Of a stretch of 54,434 bases of DNA, positions 37,738 through 46,899 are shown piece after piece. Under the pieces are notes generated by a model. That model searched no databases and was not told the DNA's origin. It was given only the letters and a program-made list of their open reading frames with translations. The DNA comes from an archaeon. GTDB taxonomy: Archaea; Nanobdellota; Nanobdellia; Pacearchaeales; GW2011-AR1. Every line of letters starts with the position of its first letter. Within the stretch, counting starts at the first letter, position 1. The stretch is from contig JBDRJD010000044.1 in assembly GCA_043815245.1 (NCBI GenBank), positions 1-54,434 of the forward strand, written 5' to 3'. A program made the position numbers and the translations under genes.

Positions 37738-38037
37738 TTAAGCTGCTTTTCTTTTTTTTATTTTTTCTTTATTTACTTGCCTATACCCTCCATCAACCTT
37801 CTCATATGTGGCCTCCAATATCCATTTTGAATCTCCCCACATAGAGTTATCTACTGTTGCTTGGGTGCCAATTGGAGCGTCACCTAATTGTGTATCAAGA
37901 GAATTAAACCACCTATTTCTTATTTGTTGCTGGTGAGCTGGATTACTGTACGCTCTCCACCGCCTTGTATCACTGCTTTTTTGTCTTGCTAAATTTACTT
38001 TTTCTTTAGTTCTATAGTATCTAGCTGGACTGCTCAT
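37738..38037 (-). CDS. Hypothetical basic protein
   Basis: ATGA overlap with the rps6e stop. Confidence 0.65.
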   Translation of the reverse strand: MSSPARYYRTKEKVNLARQKSSDTRRWRAYSNPAHQQQIRNRWFNSLDTQLGDAPIGTQATVDNSMWGDSKWILEATYEKVDGGYRQVNKEKIKKRKAA

Positions 38038-38480
38038 TTTTCTTCTTTCTTGTCTTCAGCTGGTTTTTCTTCAGCAGCCTCTTTCTTGAATATTTCTTCT
38101 ATTTTTTTAGAACCAGCTTTTAATACTTTAAGATTAATTTGAACAGTATCTTTTGAAATTTGATTTCCTCTGACAGTTTTCTTTAAACGTAGGCCTTCGG
38201 GTTTTGAGGTTTTTCCTTTTTTTCCTTCTTTTCTTGGCTTGACTTTCATTCCTTTTTCATAGCTTAGTAAGACTTTTCTTAAGTTAGGGCCTTCTTCCTG
38301 TCTTAGCCCCGGAAAACCTGCCTTGTCTGAAGTTCCTGTGATTTCAAGCTCATATCCTGAAAGATCAGAGTTAATTTCCTTACCATCAAATTTTTCACCG
38401 ATTTTCTTGCCTTCAAGGCTCTCACTGTCAGATTCTAGATTATAGGTTTTTTCTTTGTTGCTTATATTGATCTTAAACAT
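38034..38480 (-). CDS. rps6e: 30S ribosomal protein S6e
   Basis: FKINIS, L.GKKIGE, GYELEITGTSDKAGFP and G.R.KKTVRGN.I....QIN.KV. Confidence 0.95.
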   Translation of the reverse strand: MFKINISNKEKTYNLESDSESLEGKKIGEKFDGKEINSDLSGYELEITGTSDKAGFPGLRQEEGPNLRKVLLSYEKGMKVKPRKEGKKGKTSKPEGLRLKKTVRGNQISKDTVQINLKVLKAGSKKIEEIFKKEAAEEKPAEDKKEEK

Positions 38481-38557
38481 GCAAAAGGATAATTTTGAAG
38501 CTTTTTAAAGCTTATTATCACCAAATATTTTAAAAACATACTGTCCTTTATTGATTA

Positions 38558-39319
38558 ATGAAACTAAGTGTAATAATCCCAGTTTCTAGGGACATTCGAA
38601 TAAATAAATGCTTAAGTTCAATAAGTAATAATGTTGAAGTTATTGTTGTTTTAAATGATCCTTCTGAAGAAGTTAAGGGTATTGTGTATAAATGGAAAAA
38701 GAAGAAGAGATTATTAAAGGTATTTGAGATTGCTGAAAAAAACGTTTCTAAAGCTAGGAACTTTGGAGTTAAAAAGGCAAGATATGAAAATGTTCTGTTT
38801 ATGGATTCTGATTGTGTGTTTGATAAAAAATGCCTTGAAATTATTGACTCTAGACTAAAGAAATATGGTATTGTTCATGGGGTAGTGATGAATGGAGACA
38901 AACCAAGGAGTAGAGTTGAAGGAGACTGGTTTACACCAAATTTAGGAATTAGAAAGAAGGTATTTAGTAAACTCGGAGGATTTGATGAAGGCGTTAGGTA
39001 TACGGAGGATTATGATTTGAGTATTAGGATTAATGAATCCGGGTTTTCAAAGGTTTTTGAGCCAAGAGCTGTTGTGCATCATCCAAAATTAAGGTTTTGG
39101 ACTGAATATGCAAGAATGTGGTTTACTTATGGAATTGGATACAGTCAGATTGATAGGAAGTATGATAATAGTTTTTGTTTAAAGAGAGCTGTTAGTATAA
39201 TGGGAATCAGAAAGTTGATTAAAAGAGAGTCATTTAGGAAGAAATCTGCAAGGATTTTCATGGGGCCTGTAAGATTGTTGGGGTATGCTTATGAAAGGCT
39301 GAAGTTTAAAATTAGCTAA
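38558..39319 (+). CDS. Glycosyltransferase family 2
   Basis: LSVIIP, ARNFG, FMDSDC and GGFDE....EDYDL. Confidence 0.9.
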   Translation: MKLSVIIPVSRDIRINKCLSSISNNVEVIVVLNDPSEEVKGIVYKWKKKKRLLKVFEIAEKNVSKARNFGVKKARYENVLFMDSDCVFDKKCLEIIDSRLKKYGIVHGVVMNGDKPRSRVEGDWFTPNLGIRKKVFSKLGGFDEGVRYTEDYDLSIRINESGFSKVFEPRAVVHHPKLRFWTEYARMWFTYGIGYSQIDRKYDNSFCLKRAVSIMGIRKLIKRESFRKKSARIFMGPVRLLGYAYERLKFKIS

Positions 39320-39376
39320 TTTGAAGCTTGTCCTAGAAAATATAAATGGTTATAAATAGGAAGGATATGGCGTTTT

Positions 39377-41965
39377 ATGGGAGCTTGGCTCTGCAACTTT
39401 GCTGAATTTGAAAGGAATCAAGATAGTTTAAATCACTGGATTTTAAATTTTAGACATTATTCAACTGATGGAAAGACAGACAGGAGTGTCAAAGTTAAGG
39501 TTCCAAGAGTTGTAACTGTTCCTAGTGGGTTTATTCATAATAAAGATGCAGGAGAATTAGAAGCGAAAATAAAGAGTCATGATTTTTTTTCTGATTTTCC
39601 GCTTCAAAGAGAAGTTCATGGAAAGTTTTCTGTTTTTAAGATTCAGCTTCCGTTATACTATGAATTAATGCGGACTTTAAATAAGGAATTTGACGGAAAG
39701 TTTCAGATTGGTAATTACGATCGTTTTTTAAGATACTCAGGAGAGTTTCCAGACAGAATTGCGGATATTTCTCCGGAATTAGAAGAGAGATTCATGCAAG
39801 AAGAGGTTATTGACTTAGAAGGTTTAGAAGGAATTGACTTTAAACAGTATCCTGATTGTTTTCCGAGTGCTGAAGCTTTATCAAAAGCTCCTTATGTGAT
39901 TCTTGATATTGAAAAGCCTCTGTGGAAGAAGCTTCATGAAAAAAGGCAGATTAATGCCAGGAAAAAGTTAAAGAGATTGGAAAGACGATGGGAGATTCTT
40001 GATGATAAAAATCAGAGGTATGAGGCGGGAAGGAGCAAGAAGCAATTAAGTGAAAAGGAAAGTGTGCAGTATGAAAAGTTAAGCAGAAGAACCAGACAGA
40101 GGAGGCATGCTATAAGCTGGTTGGAAGAGCAGCTTGAATTTTCAACTGAAAAAGTTGGGATGGTTAATCTGTTTGAGGAAAAGTATGATTCTGATATTTC
40201 TTTTATATCTACAAAGTGGGTTGATCCTAGGAAGAATGAAGAGATAAATGAGTTGTTTGTTTTAGATCCTAATGAGGAGTTTGAAGAATTCAAAGAGTTC
40301 AAGGGTTATGAAATTTTAAGATTTAAGGGGGAAAGGGAGTTAGTTGAGACGTTGAATGGAAGGTTTCATGAAAGAAAGCCGTTAATTTCATATGGGCATA
40401 ACCAAGTTTATGATATTTCGCAGATAACTTTTGCTGCTAAGGACGATAAAATAGTGTTTGATCCGGCTGTCAAAGGTGTGAAGCCAAGAAGAGATTTTGT
40501 CAGGTTTTTGCTACAGAGATTAAGGCAGGATTTAATTTACCTTGATACATTTTGGATGAATCGCGATTTATTTAGATTTTGGAGAGGTAAGAAAAGTTTA
40601 GGAGATAATCATAAGTTGGAAGGAGAGGCTGAATCTTATGGAGTGGAATTTAAGAAATCTATGACTCATGATGAGCTGAGGATATTTGAATTAGAAAGGC
40701 TGGTAGGAAAAGACTTGGAAACTAGAAAGGCTGCAATGAGAGATATGCTGCAGTATGTTGCTGCTGATTTGGAAGTTACTCACGAGATTGTTAAGAGAAT
40801 GAATCACCTTCCTTTTTTAGCTGCAATGAAACAAGTTGCGCCTTTTGCGTCTTTAACTGATTTGGCTTTTGCAAATAATGTGATGAATAATCTTCACGAG
40901 AACTCACATTTTCAAAGGTGTGGGAATTTGCCTTATTTGGGTTATTCATCAAAAGAGAGGCAGGATGAAATACAGATTTTCAAGAAAAGGTTTGCAAAGT
41001 TAAAGAGAGACATGGTTAGATGGAGTTTTGAAAAAGAAGGTATTAAGAAGGCTGAGAAAGGGGTTTACGAAGGGGTGCAGGAGTTTTACCTGCCTCTTGA
41101 AGAGATGCTTAAGGATTTTGTATTTAGAGTGCACCCTGAACTCAAAAAGGTTTATGAGAAGTTTAAGGAAGATGATTTTTCGAGATTTGCAGTTTTACAA
41201 GAATTAAAGGGGGGGATAAGAGATGTTCTTGTTGATTATTATTTTGCTAGGAGGGAAAGAAAGACCTATGATTTTGCAAGAGAGCATATGGGTATTGATG
41301 GGGAGAAACTAAGAGAGTATTTTTCAATTTTAGGAGATAATGCTGACAGAGATGAATTAGATAAGTTAATTGGGAGTTTTAGGTATTTGAAAAATCACTT
41401 TAGGAGCCTGTATGTATCGTTAGATGGGAAGAAGGACAGAAGATTAATAATTCCTCCAAGAAAATTAGAGAATATGAATACTTGGTTTCCTAAAGTAATG
41501 GAAAAAGATGTTGATTTGTTTTTGTTAAGGGAGCATGCGGGTAAGGTTAATCAAGGGCTTTCAAAAGCAAAGAGAAAGAACCTTTCTGCGTTTTTATCTA
41601 ATTTTGATACTTTTTCTCAGCTTGTAGGGGAGATTGGAGATAAGATTGATGATAGAGTATTTGTTGATCCGTTTGAGCTGCTTTATGCTTATGTTTATTA
41701 TGATAGAACTGAGGTTGCTAATAGGAGATTTTATGCAAGATATGGTTTTAATACAGATGAATTAACAAGAGCTATTGGTGAGTCATATATGAAGTTTGCG
41801 CAAGAATTAAGCGGGCAGGAGGATTGCAGGTTTTTAGAGATGAAAGGGGATTATTTTTATGTTCAATCTGATTCTTTAGTTGAAATTCCGAGTGCTAAGA
41901 GAACGCGAGGAGTTTCTGAGTATTTTTTGGGAGTGAAGAAGGGAGAGATTGAAGTAGCTGCTTGA
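39377..41965 (+). CDS. DnaQ/PolB-type 3'-5' exonuclease domain protein; probable inactivated family B polymerase derivative
   Basis: Exo I ILDIEKP, Exo II GHNQVYDI, YLDT, HKLE and Exo III YVAADL. The C-terminal half has only eroded polymerase-like motifs (GVYEGV; KGDYFYV). Confidence 0.6.
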   Translation: MGAWLCNFAEFERNQDSLNHWILNFRHYSTDGKTDRSVKVKVPRVVTVPSGFIHNKDAGELEAKIKSHDFFSDFPLQREVHGKFSVFKIQLPLYYELMRTLNKEFDGKFQIGNYDRFLRYSGEFPDRIADISPELEERFMQEEVIDLEGLEGIDFKQYPDCFPSAEALSKAPYVILDIEKPLWKKLHEKRQINARKKLKRLERRWEILDDKNQRYEAGRSKKQLSEKESVQYEKLSRRTRQRRHAISWLEEQLEFSTEKVGMVNLFEEKYDSDISFISTKWVDPRKNEEINELFVLDPNEEFEEFKEFKGYEILRFKGERELVETLNGRFHERKPLISYGHNQVYDISQITFAAKDDKIVFDPAVKGVKPRRDFVRFLLQRLRQDLIYLDTFWMNRDLFRFWRGKKSLGDNHKLEGEAESYGVEFKKSMTHDELRIFELERLVGKDLETRKAAMRDMLQYVAADLEVTHEIVKRMNHLPFLAAMKQVAPFASLTDLAFANNVMNNLHENSHFQRCGNLPYLGYSSKERQDEIQIFKKRFAKLKRDMVRWSFEKEGIKKAEKGVYEGVQEFYLPLEEMLKDFVFRVHPELKKVYEKFKEDDFSRFAVLQELKGGIRDVLVDYYFARRERKTYDFAREHMGIDGEKLREYFSILGDNADRDELDKLIGSFRYLKNHFRSLYVSLDGKKDRRLIIPPRKLENMNTWFPKVMEKDVDLFLLREHAGKVNQGLSKAKRKNLSAFLSNFDTFSQLVGEIGDKIDDRVFVDPFELLYAYVYYDRTEVANRRFYARYGFNTDELTRAIGESYMKFAQELSGQEDCRFLEMKGDYFYVQSDSLVEIPSAKRTRGVSEYFLGVKKGEIEVAA

Positions 41966-41998
41966 TATGCCACTTTTAAGTAGTTACAAATAGAAACA

Positions 41999-42006
41999 TT
42001 TATAAA
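41999..42006 (+). promoter_or_regulatory. TATA box of the Zn-ribbon/MoxR/vWA operon
   Basis: GAAACA-TTTATAAA in the intergenic gap. Confidence 0.55.
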
Positions 42007-42050
42007 GGGAGATATTACTACTATTACTATTATTATTAAGGGAAGACAAA

Positions 42051-42173
42051 ATGATATGTGAATTTTGTGACTATGAATGGGAAAGCAGGATTCAGGAGCC
42101 AAAGGCCTGTCCTAGATGTAAACGTAGGTTTGATTATCCTAAAGAGATAAAGGAGGAAAGTGAGAATGAATGA
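42051..42173 (+). CDS. Unannotated 40-aa zinc-ribbon microprotein
   Basis: Translated by hand: MICEFCDYEWESRIQEPKACPRCKRRFDYPKEIKEESENE* (CxxC-x13-CPxC). The stop overlaps the MoxR start. Confidence 0.8.
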   Translation: MICEFCDYEWESRIQEPKACPRCKRRFDYPKEIKEESENE

Positions 42174-43653
42174 AGGAGTTAAAGAAAAACTTGATGGGCA
42201 TAGAGAAAGGCTAAGAGAGGTTTATGTAAAGCTACCTATGAAGGATATTTATTTTAATAGTAGGAGTCAGATGACCTTTAAGTTTATGGATCCTGAAGGT
42301 GAGTTAAAGACTAATTATATTGATCCAATGACCAGTTCGGTTATTGTGAGTTCTGTTGTGCCTGGAAGCTGTGTATTGTATAGGGGAGGGCACGGGGGTG
42401 GAAAGACCACTATGATTGAAGAGGCATCTACTAGACTTTTTGATATTCCTAAAAAGGACATTATTGAAGCCATGATTAGAGGTAATGATGATCAGAATGT
42501 TAATACTTTGTTAGCTTATTATAATATTGGGAAGTTGCTTGCTAAAGGAGAGGAGGAGGTTAAATGGAGGAAGTTTGTTACTTGTCCTATAAAGATTATT
42601 GATGAGGTAAATAGATTTCCTTCTAGAGCTTTAAACGGTTTATTTGAAATTATTAATAAAGGAAGAGTTGAATTTGCAGATGCAATTTATGAATGTGATA
42701 GGTATGAGATATTTGCTACTGAGAATCCAAAGGATGTTGGAACTTATCCTATGAGCAAGCCTTTTTTAGATAGATTTGGGCTGTGTATTCCGTCTCCACA
42801 GTTGCCTTCTGTTGAAGATCTTATGGCATTATCTAAGAGAAGGGATGATAAGATTTACAAAACTGACGGGCCAAAAAACCCGCTTACAATGGATCAGGCT
42901 AAGGAAATGGAAGGACTAGTTGCTGATAATATTCATATTAGTAATGACGGCCTAATGTATGCTATGTATCTTGGACAGGCTCTTCAAACTTGTGAGAGGG
43001 CTGATTTTTCAGATAAAGCGCACTCTGACTTGTCTTTAGACCAGAGATGTAAAGACTGTGGATTTAATACAGACGAATCTTTATGTAGAATGACTGAAGA
43101 TGGGTTTTCAGGTAGAGGATTTTTGGAATTACAGAGATGGGCAAAAGGGTATTCTTTTTTCCTTAATGCTTTTGAAGATGCTGAAAATCCTGAAGTGCAA
43201 CAGGGAGTTATACAGGCGCTAGTGCCTTATGTTTTGTATCATAGAACTACTCCAAATAATGCATTATTTACAAAAGCACCTAATTGGGGTCAGAGATTAA
43301 AATATCTGGGAAAACTTGCAGCTAAAGCTTCTGAAGCTTATGCTACAATTAAAGAGCCTCTAGCTGAGATTCCGAGAATTTTAAGAGGAGATTTAGATCC
43401 TGACAGGGCTTTGATTAAGGATGTAGATAAGGATATTGTGGTTCAGCAGCACTTTTTTCCAATTGTAATGGCTTCAAAAGACAAGATGTTTAGAAAACTT
43501 TATGAGGGTATTGAAAGCAGGGAGCATATTTCTGAGCAAGATTTAATTGATTTATGTAAGACTCTTAGTTTTGAAACTGAGTTGAGCCCTAGAGCACAGA
43601 CGTTTTTAAGAGAAAAAGCTAAAGCTAAGCTTGAAAGAGCGGAGTATATTTAA
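42166..43653 (+). CDS. MoxR-family AAA+ ATPase with a Cys-cluster insertion
   Basis: Walker A GGHGGGKTT, Walker B IIDEVNR, ATENP and FLDRF; C-x17-CKDC-x8-C segment; AGGAGG SD before ATG 42166. Confidence 0.88.
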   Translation: MNEGVKEKLDGHRERLREVYVKLPMKDIYFNSRSQMTFKFMDPEGELKTNYIDPMTSSVIVSSVVPGSCVLYRGGHGGGKTTMIEEASTRLFDIPKKDIIEAMIRGNDDQNVNTLLAYYNIGKLLAKGEEEVKWRKFVTCPIKIIDEVNRFPSRALNGLFEIINKGRVEFADAIYECDRYEIFATENPKDVGTYPMSKPFLDRFGLCIPSPQLPSVEDLMALSKRRDDKIYKTDGPKNPLTMDQAKEMEGLVADNIHISNDGLMYAMYLGQALQTCERADFSDKAHSDLSLDQRCKDCGFNTDESLCRMTEDGFSGRGFLELQRWAKGYSFFLNAFEDAENPEVQQGVIQALVPYVLYHRTTPNNALFTKAPNWGQRLKYLGKLAAKASEAYATIKEPLAEIPRILRGDLDPDRALIKDVDKDIVVQQHFFPIVMASKDKMFRKLYEGIESREHISEQDLIDLCKTLSFETELSPRAQTFLREKAKAKLERAEYI

Positions 43654-43654
43654 A

Positions 43655-44365
43655 ATGGCTGGCACATGGGAAGATATTGTTTCAGAAGGAAAAAAGGGTA
43701 AAAAAGATGAAGGTGGAGCTGGGGCTGCTAGAGGAGACGGTGAAGGTAGAAGTCTAGAAGTTGATGAAAAGTTAATTGTTGCTGGAAGAGAGGCTATGGA
43801 AATGTATTTTGATAAAAAATATCCAGAAAGTTTTGAAGAATATCCTACTTTAAAACATTTTTTTGAAAATTTTGGATGTTATGTTGCTCAATATACTAAA
43901 AAAGGCTCTGCTACTTCTGGAAGTGGTAGAGTTACGTTAAATGTTGGAATTGTAACCTTAGAGAATATTGATAAGAAATTTCTAGAAAAAGTTTTTAGCA
44001 CTGTTGCGGGGGGATATTCACTTGAAACTGATTTACTTAGTGATTTGACTTCTGCTGAATTTCCGCATATATTTCCGCAGTATGCTGCATTATGTGAAAG
44101 GGCTGGAAAATTGAGTATTCCTATTAACTCGCCTTTTGATCCTATTTTGATTATTAAGCCTGAGCATAGGCCGATTATGGCTGTTGCTGCAAAAGAGTAT
44201 TGCGAACGTGCTGGAGTACCTTATGTTGATGAAGATAATAGCAAATTCACTCCTTATCTTCCTGATTTAGAAGCGGTTTTAACTGCTGCAAAAGATTATG
44301 AAGTAAAGGAGATTAAACAGGCAGTTGTTGCGTATTCAAGAGCTGCTCTTAGTTTGATTAAGTAA
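43655..44365 (+). CDS. Hypothetical protein in the MoxR-vWA operon
   Basis: ATG at 43655, with 1-bp spacing to both neighbours. Confidence 0.75.
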   Translation: MAGTWEDIVSEGKKGKKDEGGAGAARGDGEGRSLEVDEKLIVAGREAMEMYFDKKYPESFEEYPTLKHFFENFGCYVAQYTKKGSATSGSGRVTLNVGIVTLENIDKKFLEKVFSTVAGGYSLETDLLSDLTSAEFPHIFPQYAALCERAGKLSIPINSPFDPILIIKPEHRPIMAVAAKEYCERAGVPYVDEDNSKFTPYLPDLEAVLTAAKDYEVKEIKQAVVAYSRAALSLIK

Positions 44366-44366
44366 A

Positions 44367-46268
44367 ATGGGGTTTTTGGATAGATTTTTTAAGAAAAAGC
44401 CTGAATTAAGTGATAGGTTAGTTAGATTGACCGAAGATGAAGTTAGGGCCGCTGTTAAGCAGGCTCACTGGGACTTATTTGTGTCAAATCTTCCGGATCC
44501 TGTAGTTGTTGATACTCAGGTGAATACTAAGGAAACTCCTGAAATTTATGCTGACGGTGTTCCTAGAGGATTTTCAATTGATCCAGATACTTGGGTTACT
44601 TATTTTTGTAATGATGATATGCCTGATTTTTTATCTAGAGAGAAATTATTTGAGCATGCGAGGAGTGTTGGGCAGCATGAGACGATGCACTTTACAAGAT
44701 GTCCTGGGAGTAAGAGGACGCATGTTGGTTTGATTGATGGAGGATTAAAAGGGCTCCACAAGCAAGAATCAAAAGGCAAAACAGGTGCAGATATTGCTCA
44801 CTTAGTTACAAATATTTTTGCAGACTGGAGTAATGATTATGGTGTTGGAGTTGAAAAGTATGGCAGAGAGGACTTTTCTCAGATTACAAGAGACAGGATT
44901 AGGGATACTGTTAAAAGTGTTGCTGAAAAAAATAAAGAGAATCTTTCACCTTTGTGGAAAGTTTTAGTGGGAACTTATGAGAAAATGTTTGACGAGAATT
45001 TTGGATTAGAAGATTATGTCAAGTTGGATAGTTATGAAGAAAGGATTATAGAAACATGTGTTGAAATTATGGGAAATGATCATAGAGATAGAACTACTTG
45101 GCCGGTTAAAGTCAGAAAGTTGGCAGGAGTTTTAGAAGAAGTCATTTATAAATCTGCTCAGGAACAGCAGGGAAAAGGAAAAGGAAAGAAAGGAGATGGG
45201 CAAGGCGGTCAAAGTGGAGGGGGGATTAGTATCCCTCAAGATGTTGAAGACCAGATGGGAGAAGGAGCAACTGAAAGTCCGTATACTCCTACTGAAGAAA
45301 AAGGCGGAAAACAGGGAAAGGGTAAGAAAGTTGGGAAGCCTAGAGAGGGGAAAGAAGGGAAGGGAATTGATGATGATGTTTTAGATGAAGTATTTAAATT
45401 AAACAGAAATAATCCGGGACAGTTTGCTGGAACTTTGAGTGCTGTGGAGCCAATTGAGGCAAATGATGCTATAAGGTATATGTACAGAGCCAGGGCCCAA
45501 GAATATTTGGTTGAAATTCATGAAACAAAAGAATCTGGAAGTTATACCACCCCTTCAAGTTTAGAAAACTGGGATGTTGGAGATCCGCTAATGGGGAAGG
45601 GGGGACTACTGATTGTGCCGGCTTTACTGACTCATGGAGTTGTAATTCCTGGAATTAATACTGTAAAGAGAGGATATGAAATTGATGACTTGCCAGGACA
45701 TTTGGTGCAGATTGCCGATATACTTTGGATAGTGGATTCATCTGGAAGTTTAGATTGGAATCCTATGGAAAATCATGAAGAAGCTAGGGGAGGATTTGAT
45801 AAAGTTATTTTAGCAGCAGAAGCAGGCACTTTATATTCAAGGAATCATGGCGGAAAAGCAGCTGCAATGAACTTTTCAGGAATTGATGATAGGACTAAAC
45901 AAAGGCAGGTTAAAATCCAAGGATTTACTGATAATTTAGATGATTTGGAAAAAGTAATTATGCATTATTATGGTGGGGGAACTATTTTTCCTGTTGAAGA
46001 GCTGGATAGGATTTATGATAGTAATCAAAATAGAATTGTTACATGTATTGTAAGTGATTTTCACATTAGTAATTCTGAGGATACAAAAAAAGTAATTAGG
46101 AGAAGAGCTAATAGCCAAAATCCGATTTATGCTCTGGATATTGGGGGAACTTCTAATTTCTTTGAAGATATGAAGGATATTGAAGGTCTTTACAGAGAGG
46201 TTGTAACTTCTTTAAATAGTTTAAAGGGTGTTGCTATTGGAAAGCTTAAGAAGGATTATGAGCGCTAA
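44367..46268 (+). CDS. HExxH metallopeptidase-like domain + Gly/Lys linker + vWA domain protein
   Basis: QHETMH..CP, N.FAD...D; QQQGKGKGKKGDGQGG linker; MIDAS IVDSSGS, GGT and IVSDF. Confidence 0.85.
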   Translation: MGFLDRFFKKKPELSDRLVRLTEDEVRAAVKQAHWDLFVSNLPDPVVVDTQVNTKETPEIYADGVPRGFSIDPDTWVTYFCNDDMPDFLSREKLFEHARSVGQHETMHFTRCPGSKRTHVGLIDGGLKGLHKQESKGKTGADIAHLVTNIFADWSNDYGVGVEKYGREDFSQITRDRIRDTVKSVAEKNKENLSPLWKVLVGTYEKMFDENFGLEDYVKLDSYEERIIETCVEIMGNDHRDRTTWPVKVRKLAGVLEEVIYKSAQEQQGKGKGKKGDGQGGQSGGGISIPQDVEDQMGEGATESPYTPTEEKGGKQGKGKKVGKPREGKEGKGIDDDVLDEVFKLNRNNPGQFAGTLSAVEPIEANDAIRYMYRARAQEYLVEIHETKESGSYTTPSSLENWDVGDPLMGKGGLLIVPALLTHGVVIPGINTVKRGYEIDDLPGHLVQIADILWIVDSSGSLDWNPMENHEEARGGFDKVILAAEAGTLYSRNHGGKAAAMNFSGIDDRTKQRQVKIQGFTDNLDDLEKVIMHYYGGGTIFPVEELDRIYDSNQNRIVTCIVSDFHISNSEDTKKVIRRRANSQNPIYALDIGGTSNFFEDMKDIEGLYREVVTSLNSLKGVAIGKLKKDYER

Positions 46269-46899
46269 ATATAAGATGGTTCAAGAAGATTTAGAGGGAA
46301 GTGATTATGTCTTGGGAGAATCAAAAGGCATTGTAAAATTAATTAGGGGCACTATTGGAGGCGTTATGGGAGAGTATATTCTTGATTTGGGTTGTGGCGG
46401 CTCTTATTCTGATTATAAACCTGTACATGCAATGGCTCTGAGTTATCTTGGGGCAAGAGTTGTAGGAATTGATAAAGAAGGGGCAAGTGATTCTGAAACT
46501 TATATTCATATTTACGGTAATCTTGCAAGAGAGAGGGTTAGTGAAATTTTAGGAAAGCTAGAAAACCAGAAATTTGACGCTGTGATTTGTAGTAACTTGT
46601 TTAATAGCCCTGCTTGGTTTGAAGCTGTTGAGGATGCTCCTAATTGGGAAGATGAGATTATTAAAGGTATTTGTAAAGAAACTTATGATTTATTAGTTGA
46701 TGGAGGAGTTTTTATTATTCCTTCACTGGAGATTGGCATGAGATTAATTAATCTGGCTAGGCCGTATGATTCAGTTGAAGAAGCCAGAAATTTAGCGTGT
46801 GAGAGTGAAAGCAGGCTTTTATCTGGCTGTGGATTTGAAGAGGCAGCTAGCGAGTCGGGATATCAAGCTTGGAGAAAACCATCTAAACTCCCCAAGTAA
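46258..46899 (+). CDS. Class I SAM-dependent methyltransferase
   Basis: ILDLGCG, VVGID, FDAVI and LL.DGG.F; start overlaps the vWA gene end. Confidence 0.8.
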   Translation: MSAKYKMVQEDLEGSDYVLGESKGIVKLIRGTIGGVMGEYILDLGCGGSYSDYKPVHAMALSYLGARVVGIDKEGASDSETYIHIYGNLARERVSEILGKLENQKFDAVICSNLFNSPAWFEAVEDAPNWEDEIIKGICKETYDLLVDGGVFIIPSLEIGMRLINLARPYDSVEEARNLACESESRLLSGCGFEEAASESGYQAWRKPSKLPK

